In this document: in pieces, positions 40,987-47,325 of the stretch
How the letters are laid out: each line of letters begins with the position of its first letter
Position numbering within the stretch: the first letter of the stretch is position 1
Source of the DNA: a virus
Lineage: Duplodnaviria > Caudoviricetes
Virus record (IMG/VR): IMGVR_UViG_3300031454_000253
Location: 1 to 47,325 of that record
Reading direction: 5' to 3' (one strand)
Length of the DNA: 47,325 nucleotides
Program-made: the position numbers and the translations under genes
The notes under the pieces: model-generated
What the model was told of the DNA's origin: nothing
The model's input: only the letters and a program-made list of their open reading frames with translations
Databases searched by the model: none

Positions 40987-41789
40987 GCGACTCGCCGCAA
41001 GTCAGGGCCGTCCACCTTGACCACCGTCACCGACTCCGCGAAACGACTCACGGCTCGCTCCCCGATCTGCTTTGCCAATCCGGGGAGGTCGGTATTGCTC
41101 GTCACGATCGTTGGCAACTCGGCGCCATGCCGAGCATTGAGCAGCACGTACAACCGCTCCCTCACCCAGTCACTCGGCTTCTCCACCCCGAGGTCGTCAA
41201 GAACCAAGAGCCGCACGGATTGCAAGTATTCCATCGGATCCGGAAGGTCTGTACCCGGCCGCATCCGGTCAAGCATGTCCGGCACAACCTCGAACTGCGC
41301 TTGACCGCCGCCGGCGCCGTGATAGGCACGAAGCGCCCCAACGGCGAGGCACGTCTTGCCGGTCCCCACCGGGCCGAAGAGCAGGAGATTCCGACCGTCA
41401 GCGAGCGGGTCTACCTCAAGCCAGGACCGGACAGCGCTCACCGCGGCGCTGTGTGGAGATGTTGCCAATGTCAGGTCACGGAATCGCCGCGGCACCCCGA
41501 ACGAGAGCCAGCGCGACTCTTCGGCTTCCCGCTCTTTCCGCTCTCGGTCTGCCGCATCCAACGCGGCACCGGTCCGACAGCCGCAGCGATGAATGCTCTT
41601 CGGCCACATCCCGGTATCGCCGCAGTTCGGACATTCCGCGTCAAGCGGCCAGCCCCATTTCTCGTGACCTTCGGCAATCCAATTCTGACGCTGTTCCTCG
41701 TTCGTTCGCCGCGTCGCCTCGTATCTCCCGGCTATTCGCGGCACCAGGTCCGTCGTGCTGACCATTCGCAAGATACGGTGCTCGGTCAT
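40983..41789 (-). CDS. DnaC/IstB-like AAA+ helicase loader
   Basis: CPNC..C.C zinc site, GPVGTGKT, LLVLDDLG, PTIVTSN, R..SR and GPDLR. Confidence 0.92.
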   Translation of the reverse strand: MTEHRILRMVSTTDLVPRIAGRYEATRRTNEEQRQNWIAEGHEKWGWPLDAECPNCGDTGMWPKSIHRCGCRTGAALDAADRERKEREAEESRWLSFGVPRRFRDLTLATSPHSAAVSAVRSWLEVDPLADGRNLLLFGPVGTGKTCLAVGALRAYHGAGGGQAQFEVVPDMLDRMRPGTDLPDPMEYLQSVRLLVLDDLGVEKPSDWVRERLYVLLNARHGAELPTIVTSNTDLPGLAKQIGERAVSRFAESVTVVKVDGPDLRRVA

Positions 41790-42706
41790 GTCGCAGCCCT
41801 CCGCTGGCCCATCTCTCGCCAGGTCGAGAGTCCACCGTCGTCACTCATCACCGGTTCTGGTTCTGGCGAGGCCCGGCCATTAGCGGCGCCATTTGTGGTC
41901 GGCGCCGGTCTTTCATCGTTCCAGCGCTCGCCATTGAGCCATGTCGTTGGCATCGGTCGGTACTGGTACTCACGCCGTGCCAAACCCTGTTGCTCGATCG
42001 CCATCAATATCCGTTGGAGCAGGTCACTATCCGGTTTGTGTTTCGCCCACCACTTCGCCGCGCCTTTGCGTTGGTCTCTCCGGGGATAGGCCGACCAGAA
42101 CGCCTCGAATCCCTCGGTATAGTCCTCTGGTTTGGCACGTCCATTTCCCTTGGGGGATAAAGGGGGAGTATCTAGTTCACTGGTATCTAGTTCACTGGTA
42201 TCTAGTTCTTGTAGCACCGGTGCTACATACCTACCCTCGTTTTTGCTACTTACCTTGTTCTCGTTTGCTACATACTCCCCCTCAGTATGTGCGTCTGTGC
42301 TACTTACCTCGGTAGGTATGTGAACGTGTGGCACATACTGATTGACGATGTGTGGAAGGGTGTAGCGGTTGGAGTCCCGACCGTGTGGTCCACGCGTTCG
42401 CTTCTCTTGAATGACCCATCCATTGGCTTCAAGGGCGGCAATCGCTCGCATCACTGACCATCGTGATACTCCGCACATTGCGGCGATGGCGTCATGCGAA
42501 GGCCAGCAAACGCCGGCGTTGTCCGTGTACGTCTGAAGGGCGAGATAGACCCCGACCGCGGTCATTCCGAGTCGCGCCCCGTGCTCCGTGATCAGAGCCC
42601 GAGGCGTCATGCAAAAGGGGGCGCGTCGCTCCTGACCGTCATAGGCCGGCGACGCTTCGTCGCGGACGAGACGCAACAATGGCAAGGTGGGGGCAAGCTC
42701 GGCCAT
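41786..42706 (-). CDS. Phage replication initiator (HTH_36-type)
   Basis: CWPSHDAIAAMCGVSRWSVMRAI..L...GW, SNRY; C-terminal FEAFWSAYPR..PTTWLNGERWND. Confidence 0.9.
   Translation of the reverse strand: MAELAPTLPLLRLVRDEASPAYDGQERRAPFCMTPRALITEHGARLGMTAVGVYLALQTYTDNAGVCWPSHDAIAAMCGVSRWSVMRAIAALEANGWVIQEKRTRGPHGRDSNRYTLPHIVNQYVPHVHIPTEVSSTDAHTEGEYVANENKVSSKNEGRYVAPVLQELDTSELDTSELDTPPLSPKGNGRAKPEDYTEGFEAFWSAYPRRDQRKGAAKWWAKHKPDSDLLQRILMAIEQQGLARREYQYRPMPTTWLNGERWNDERPAPTTNGAANGRASPEPEPVMSDDGGLSTWREMGQRRAAT
42168..42307. repeat. Iteron-type replication origin inside the initiator gene
   Basis: GTATCTAGTTC x3 at 15-bp period (42168, 42183, 42198); palindrome TGTAGCACCGGTGCTACA 42210-42227; TGCTAC(A/T)TAC at 42221, 42244, 42266 and 42298. 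Confidence 0.8.
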
Positions 42707-42825
42707 TCACGCCACCACCCTTTGTTGATGGTTGTGACGTGGAGTCATATGGTATCGCGCGCGCACACGTACCCCTCCCTGCTGTTGGGGGGGTTGCGTG
42801 CCATTATTCGCCGGAGGTAGGGGAG

Positions 42826-42916
42826 TGCTATGATTGGTCAACGCTGATCTCCGTGCTGCATACGGATGGTCGGCTTGAGCGTCGTGAGGATTCGCCCCCT
42901 CGCGGCGCTCTTTTTG
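42826..42916 (+). ncRNA. Candidate antisense small RNA (about 75 nt) with its own promoter and terminator
   Basis: TGcTATGAT 42826-42834; hairpin 42843-42874; 13-bp terminator stem 42877-42910 followed by TTTTTG; G-U pairs work only on the plus strand. Confidence 0.7.
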
Positions 42917-43024
42917 TTGTCGTCAGTATACATCACTATCTCCCCATGTCCGTACCTAGTCCAACACGAGGTACCAGCACACCGCTCCCCGCGACCACGG
43001 TCAGCCACGGGGAGCGAGGCAGTG

Positions 43025-43726
43025 CTACGACCCGTACTCCCGCATCGGCTGCGGCATCCCCGCGAGCTGCTCAGACACCGGCTGCCGTTCCTGCATCTTG
43101 AGCTTCGCCACCTTCCATTTCTCGTACAGTTCCTCGACAGGCTTGGTCTGGACCAGGCGCCGCATCCGACCGAGTTGCTCATGGTCGATGTCCGTCAGTG
43201 ACTCCACGTCAAACCAGACGCAGGCAATGTCATGGGCCATCGGGTGCTGGTCCTCTTTGTTGACGCCGGCACGTTCCATGTCGCCATGTAGCGGGCCGAG
43301 GTTGACCACGGGCTTCGGACCAGCATTTGGCGCGGATGCCGCTGTGACGCGCTGAATGGGCGCTGGGGGCGCGGGACGGGGCTCATCGGGGACAGACTCC
43401 ACCTTCTCCATTTCTTGGCGGCTGGGTCGGTCATCTGCGCTCTTGGCATAGCCGAGGTTTGCAAGTGCGCGCCCGATCGCTGAGGTTTCACAGTTCTCTT
43501 CATGACTGGTCTGGTTCGCGCCTCGTCCTCCGGCAACCTCGAAGGCGTACCCGGTGGCTGCAGGAACCGGGTCACTCTGCTCTCGGTAGACTTCCGCCAG
43601 AAACCGGCAGCGGTCGAAGTCATCAGGCAGGCTCATCATGCGAGTCCGTATCGCACCTCCTGGATGGTCCCGCCAGAAGGCGTTGATCCTTGTCTGGACG
43701 TCGATGTAGTTCTCAAGACCCGGCAT
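43025..43726 (-). CDS. Rad52/Sak-like single-strand annealing protein
   Basis: YIDVQTRI..F...HP.G.I.T, AATGYA.E and ENCETSAIGRALANLG motifs; early-region position. Confidence 0.7.
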   Translation of the reverse strand: MPGLENYIDVQTRINAFWRDHPGGAIRTRMMSLPDDFDRCRFLAEVYREQSDPVPAATGYAFEVAGGRGANQTSHEENCETSAIGRALANLGYAKSADDRPSRQEMEKVESVPDEPRPAPPAPIQRVTAASAPNAGPKPVVNLGPLHGDMERAGVNKEDQHPMAHDIACVWFDVESLTDIDHEQLGRMRRLVQTKPVEELYEKWKVAKLKMQERQPVSEQLAGMPQPMREYGS

Positions 43727-43922
43727 CGCCGCCCTCCTGCTCTGGCAGCAGCCCCCGGCTCCGCATCTCGGCGTAGACCAGGAACGCGAACTCTCGCCCC
43801 GCCTGCTCTGGCGTCATGCCCGGTGTCTTCGCGAACGCATCCGCGGCGCGACCGATGGCAATGAAACTCGGCTCGGGTTCCATCACGTAGCGGCGTTCGA
43901 TGGTGTAGGGACTGCCATTCAT
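43713..43922 (-). CDS. Hypothetical protein
   Basis: Coupled ORF. Confidence 0.6.
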   Translation of the reverse strand: MNGSPYTIERRYVMEPEPSFIAIGRAADAFAKTPGMTPEQAGREFAFLVYAEMRSRGLLPEQEGGDAGS

Positions 43923-44110
43923 GCTGTCGCCCTCGCCTTCCCCGGCTTGCAATCACGGTTCGTGCATCGCCACGTCTGAAGCGCGTCGTCGTGCCGCCAG
44001 ACGTTCGGCCGTGTCGTGAGCGCGGTACGGCAGACCGGGCAGGGCACACGGCCTTTCGGCGCATTGCGGAGTGCCATCCATCCCGGATGCACCCGTCGCC
44101 CTAGCGCCAT
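43919..44110 (-). CDS. Small zinc-ribbon protein
   Basis: CPVC...CTNRDC. Confidence 0.55.
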   Translation of the reverse strand: MALGRRVHPGWMALRNAPKGRVPCPVCRTALTTRPNVWRHDDALQTWRCTNRDCKPGKARATA

Positions 44111-44676
44111 GAGCCCAGCCCCAGCCGAGGATCGTGGTTGACGGCAATCACGCGGCATCCCGGCATGGGCACTAGTCGAGGCGCGTCCATGTCCTCTTCG
44201 TCACCACGTGGGAGATCGTTGACACCGCCACTCCATATTCCTGCGCCAGTTCCCGACCACTGAATCCCCGTTGAGAGCGATCCCGTATCTCTATTGCCAT
44301 CTCCATCGTGATTTTTGCTCGCGGCCTGAAGAGATTCCGCCGAAGGTGTGCACTGGTGGAGACTGACCGCTTGCTCTGCATCTCTCCATACAGCGGCCCT
44401 CGGTCGTGCATCGGCACTGTCTGCGGATTTTCCCGACACCTTAGGTCGTCCCATGTCAACAGGGACACCGCGCCACTGGTGTCCGTGATCGTTGATCGTC
44501 GGGGTTGCGTGCTCACCATCAAACATCTGCTCCATGTCGAGCCACGAGGCCAGCACCAGGTCCATCCGTGGCAGCCATTGCCGGAGCCATTGCCGGATGC
44601 TCCGGCGGTGTCGTCGTCGCGCGTGCCGGTTGACGTGCGGCCAATCGACATTGGTCGGGTATCGCTTCCACATCAT
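44101..44676 (-). CDS. Hypothetical protein (possibly frameshifted with the overlapping HTH frame)
   Basis: Strong RBS AGGAGG; the 3' half overlaps a better-looking HTH frame. Confidence 0.45.
   Translation of the reverse strand: MMWKRYPTNVDWPHVNRHARRRHRRSIRQWLRQWLPRMDLVLASWLDMEQMFDGEHATPTINDHGHQWRGVPVDMGRPKVSGKSADSADARPRAAVWRDAEQAVSLHQCTPSAESLQAASKNHDGDGNRDTGSLSTGIQWSGTGAGIWSGGVNDLPRGDEEDMDAPRLVPMPGCRVIAVNHDPRLGLGSWR
44172..44330 (-). pseudogene. HTH DNA-binding domain of the type found at the C-terminus of phage HNH endonucleases
   Basis: RAKITMEMAIEIRDR...GFSGRELAQEYGVAVSTISHVVTKRTW; no HNH core upstream. Confidence 0.6.
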
Positions 44677-44752
44677 GTCGGTTAGAATCCTCCTGATGGC
44701 TTCCGCGCCGTCCTACTGGCCCTCTCCCGTGTCCGCGGTGAGAGGGTCATCT

Positions 44753-45061
44753 CTATGCGGCCTCGTTGTCGTCAGACAGCCCACCCGGCAAGAGCGTCCA
44801 CCCCAGCCGGGCGTAGGCCATCTCTGCCTCGCGCAACCGGCGCCGCACATACGGCGTCATGCCGTTTTCCCGCAGCGCCTCCGCTGCCAGGTCGAGACAG
44901 TCCAGGCACGCCACCGTGCCGCTGATCGCGGTCACCTGTCCGTAAATGGCGACTTCCTCCTTTCCATCAATCACGCCATCGGCAAACGCTCTGCGGAGCG
45001 CTTCCTCGTGGTCATCCAAGCGGTCGCAGACGAGTGAGAGTCGGCGGGGATTACGGGACAC
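44753..45061 (-). CDS. Hypothetical early protein
   Basis: RBS AAGGAGG before GTG 45061; AFADGVIDGKEE motif seen in phage regulatory proteins. Confidence 0.6.
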   Translation of the reverse strand: MSRNPRRLSLVCDRLDDHEEALRRAFADGVIDGKEEVAIYGQVTAISGTVACLDCLDLAAEALRENGMTPYVRRRLREAEMAYARLGWTLLPGGLSDDNEAA

Positions 45062-45129
45062 TGCGGGTGCCTCCTTGCGATAAATGAACAACCGGACATC
45101 GGCTGCTACTGTGTTCACGTGGCCCGAAT

Positions 45130-45257
45130 CGGCCATCGCTGGGTCGCCTACCGACCTCTTCACCGCATCCACTGGCGCCCGTGAGGCACCTGACGGCGGA
45201 GGGCAAACGGCCCAGCGATGGCCGCACCCGCCCCACTAGGGGGAGCGAGGCGAATGC
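45130..45257 (-). ncRNA. Candidate structured RNA element (two consecutive long hairpins)
   Basis: 14-bp G-U-rich stem 45224-45257, then a perfect 14-bp stem 45130-45143/45211-45224 closing a rod-like hairpin. Confidence 0.5.
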
Positions 45258-45298
45258 AGCCCAGACGGGGAGTGGAAGGAAATGAAGTGACCACGGTG

Positions 45299-45502
45299 TT
45301 AGGCGGCATCCGTTCGACTCGCCCGCACCGGCTCAATCGCCGACTCAGACACCGCGATCCGTTTGCCGGTCCGCTCCAGTTCGATCATGTAGGAGACGGG
45401 CGGGCGCCCATTCCACTTGAAGACGGACGTGACCAACGCCTTCCGGCTCGCATCCTTGCCACACGTCACCCGGACCAGATCACCGACGCGATACGTCTGC
45501 AT
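45299..45502 (-). CDS. Small SH3/KOW-like protein
   Basis: YRVGDLVRV...Y.IEL......VSESAIEP. Confidence 0.6.
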   Translation of the reverse strand: MQTYRVGDLVRVTCGKDASRKALVTSVFKWNGRPPVSYMIELERTGKRIAVSESAIEPVRASRTDAA

Positions 45503-45514
45503 CACAACCCCCAA

Positions 45515-45730
45515 CTACGCCGCAATCGGCAGCACATCGCCGCCGTCGTCGTGCTCACGCATCCACTCCGCGATCAGCTCCAGCACGCATCGCCAGACCG
45601 CTCGTGTCAGCTTTTCAACGATGTCTGGCCCGAACGCGGCGACCACGATGGCGACCAACTCCGCGCGCTCGGTATCGGTCAGTGGGCGATCCGCCGGCGG
45701 GATGGGGTACGGGAAGATAGGGAGGGTCAT
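45515..45730 (-). CDS. Hypothetical protein
   Basis: Coupled ORF. Confidence 0.6.
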   Translation of the reverse strand: MTLPIFPYPIPPADRPLTDTERAELVAIVVAAFGPDIVEKLTRAVWRCVLELIAEWMREHDDGGDVLPIAA

Positions 45731-46149
45731 GAGAGCACTTCCTGTTCGTGCGGCAATGACAGCTGCATGCCGAAGCGATCAGCCGCGCGTTCTGCCCAAC
45801 CGGCAGCCATGTGGTGGTGGTACTGCGAGCGGTCCTCGTGATACCGAACGACCTGGGCGTAGTCGTCGCGGTCGAACATGCGCTCTTGCTTGTAGATGCG
45901 GGTTGTCTCTTGGTTCTCGGGGTCCATCGTCACGACGCTCGCGAAGAGCGGCCAGCCGTCCTCGCCGCGAACGTTCTTGATCTCTTTGCGAATCCACGCC
46001 TTCTTGCGGGACTCGAGGGAGGATTCGATGAAGTCCTCGGACCAGAACGCGATCTCGTCGAGGCGCTGGACAATCTCGTCAATGGAGACCCATGCCGCGT
46101 CACTCGTCGCGGTCACGAATGCCCCGTGGTTCATGGCGTCATGCGACAT
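45727..46149 (-). CDS. Hypothetical protein
   Basis: RBS GGAGGA; coupled to the DUF3102 gene. Confidence 0.75.
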   Translation of the reverse strand: MSHDAMNHGAFVTATSDAAWVSIDEIVQRLDEIAFWSEDFIESSLESRKKAWIRKEIKNVRGEDGWPLFASVVTMDPENQETTRIYKQERMFDRDDYAQVVRYHEDRSQYHHHMAAGWAERAADRFGMQLSLPHEQEVLS

Positions 46150-47002
46150 GGATAAAGTCCTCCAACTCGTCTCGAATCACGGTCAACTGATCGATCAGCC
46201 GGTCGATTTCTCCCAACAATCCAGCCCTCCCTTTGGGCGTCCACGTTTTCGTGGTCTGCCGAATGCCGCCGTGATCGCGCACCGAGTTGACGCGCATCCG
46301 AATCTCGTCAATCGCACTGATCCACTTGGTACCCGAGCGCAGCACGGCGGCGCGCTCATGAGCGCTCGGACCACTCGGAAGTGGTGGCAAATCCACCAGT
46401 TCTTCCAGCACGCCAGGTTCATTCGCTCGGATTTGATGGATGGTGGCGATGCGCTGCTCGGGCGGCATGGCGTCGAGCTTGGCTTTGATCTTCAGGGCCT
46501 GCGCTTGCGATGCCCCGACGATCTCGGGGACGTCTGGCTCAAGAGACGCGCGTTCGATGACCTCGCCGGTTTCCAGGTCCACGATGGGCAGCATCCCGTC
46601 CGGTCCTGGGGTTGGCGTTGCGGCCTTCACCGCTTCCCGCACGTCTCGGTACCGGACCGGCTCGCCGGACTCGGCCTGGGCGATGAACTGCTCGCGGACT
46701 TCCTCTGGAACATCGCCCGATGCAAGGGCGTAGAGGGCCTTGGCTTCAAACTGGCCACCGTGGCCAGTTTCACCAAAGGCATCGGCCACTTGCATGAATC
46801 GACGGGCTGTACGGTAGGACCACCCAAACTCATCAGTGATCCATTCCGCAAACTTGCCGTGATCGATGCGCTCCTTGACGGCGATAAGGTGGCGACCGAT
46901 TTCGATAATGTCCTGACCAGAGCGGGACGCCAGCCGCTTGATGGCGTCGGTGTGTTCGGCAATCTCAGCACGATCAGCGGGCGTCAGGGTGAGGTCACTC
47001 AT
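46139..47002 (-). CDS. DUF3102 domain protein
   Basis: IIEIGRHLIAVKERIDHGKFAEWI..EFGWSYRTARRFMQVA signature. Confidence 0.85.
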   Translation of the reverse strand: MSDLTLTPADRAEIAEHTDAIKRLASRSGQDIIEIGRHLIAVKERIDHGKFAEWITDEFGWSYRTARRFMQVADAFGETGHGGQFEAKALYALASGDVPEEVREQFIAQAESGEPVRYRDVREAVKAATPTPGPDGMLPIVDLETGEVIERASLEPDVPEIVGASQAQALKIKAKLDAMPPEQRIATIHQIRANEPGVLEELVDLPPLPSGPSAHERAAVLRSGTKWISAIDEIRMRVNSVRDHGGIRQTTKTWTPKGRAGLLGEIDRLIDQLTVIRDELEDFIHVA

Positions 47003-47274
47003 GCTGCACTCGCTTCTTTGGACAGTGAAAAGGCTTCCTCAGGCAATAAATCGTTCCCGGTCGGGATATCGAAAGCCAAAAAAAGTGGCACCTGTAGTGC
47101 ATTTGCGATGCGCTCCGCAGTGGCCTTATCCACCGTTCGACTCCCGGTGATAAGTCTCGACAACAACGACCGCGAGATGCCAGACCGCTCCGCCAACCAG
47201 TCCTGCCGACGCCCCTGTGCATCGAGCAGGACCGCCAGGCGATTGCCGTTGTAACGAGGTGTTCGTTGCTTCAT
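46999..47274 (-). CDS. Cro-like XRE HTH transcriptional regulator
   Basis: QDWLAERSGISRSLLSRLITG..A.RIANALQV; start moved to ATG 47274 because the promoter lies in the upstream frame extension. Confidence 0.88.
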   Translation of the reverse strand: MKQRTPRYNGNRLAVLLDAQGRRQDWLAERSGISRSLLSRLITGSRTVDKATAERIANALQVPLFLAFDIPTGNDLLPEEAFSLSKEASAA

Positions 47275-47280
47275 GGGAAT

Positions 47281-47325
47281 ATCATACGCCCTGTCGGGAA
47301 CTGTGTCAACTACGATTTCCGACAT
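47281..47325 (-). promoter_or_regulatory. Early lytic promoter (leaderless) with operator-like sites
   Basis: TTGACA-17-TATGAT, ATG 6 nt downstream; TTCCCGACAGGG in the spacer and a related TTTCCGACA at the window edge. Confidence 0.85.

Larger units (their letters stand above)
1..47325 (-). mobile_element. Siphovirus-like phage/prophage genome (near complete; integrase and repressor not in window)
   Basis: Canonical gene order of replication, terminase, portal, head, neck, tail, tape measure and lysis genes on the minus strand; no sheath gene; Cro-like gene at the right edge. Confidence 0.95.

Noticed and set aside
40755-42089. 444-aa plus-strand ORF
   Set aside because: Antisense shadow of the DnaC-like and initiator genes in GC-rich DNA.
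42168-42307. CRISPR-like array
   Set aside because: Repeats are too short, lack spacers of suitable length and sit within the initiator gene; better explained as iterons.
45896-47254. 452-aa plus-strand ORF
   Set aside because: Shadow of three convincing minus-strand genes; no domain motifs.
1-47325. Stop-codon reassignment suggested by several in-frame stop/start junctions
   Set aside because: All three stop codons end well-formed genes of expected length, and the junctions use different stops.
47275-47325. N-terminal extension MSEIVVDTVPDRAYDIP of the Cro-like protein
   Set aside because: This stretch contains the -35/-10 promoter and operator sites, so it is probably not translated.
1-47325. 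tRNA or rRNA genes
   Set aside because: No cloverleaf or rRNA-like sequence recognised by eye; tRNAscan-SE would be needed to exclude them formally.

Overview
This window is an almost complete, high-GC siphovirus-like genome, probably temperate or a prophage, and nearly all of it is encoded on the minus strand. Read right to left, it starts with a Cro-like regulator with a leaderless sigma70 promoter, early genes, an ssDNA-annealing protein, a replication initiator with an internal iteron origin, a DnaC-like loader and RusA. Terminases, portal, a portal-adjacent repeat-fibre module, a gpF-like head protein, scaffold, capsid, neck, tail tube and chaperones follow. A 3.3-kb plus-strand accessory island sits before the tape measure, baseplate/fibre genes, a dead antisense HNH cassette, the lysis genes, a permuted papain-like protease and a thermonuclease. 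No integrase or CI repressor lies inside the window. A Chloroflexota (Thermomicrobiales-like) host is an inference from protein style only. The most notable signals are: (1) a promoter plus covarying structured RNA leader present in two copies; (2) several Com-like zinc ribbons next to terminator/attenuator structures ahead of the structural modules; (3) a fibre module with a 19-repeat thread protein, a bead protein and a protein carrying one copy of the repeat; (4) scattered antitoxin-like fragments and an ART-like toxin-antitoxin pair; (5) a CCC-UUU-CGU +1 frameshift site in the tail chaperone; (6) an antisense sRNA upstream of the replication initiator. All family assignments are from motif recognition by eye; no database searches were run.
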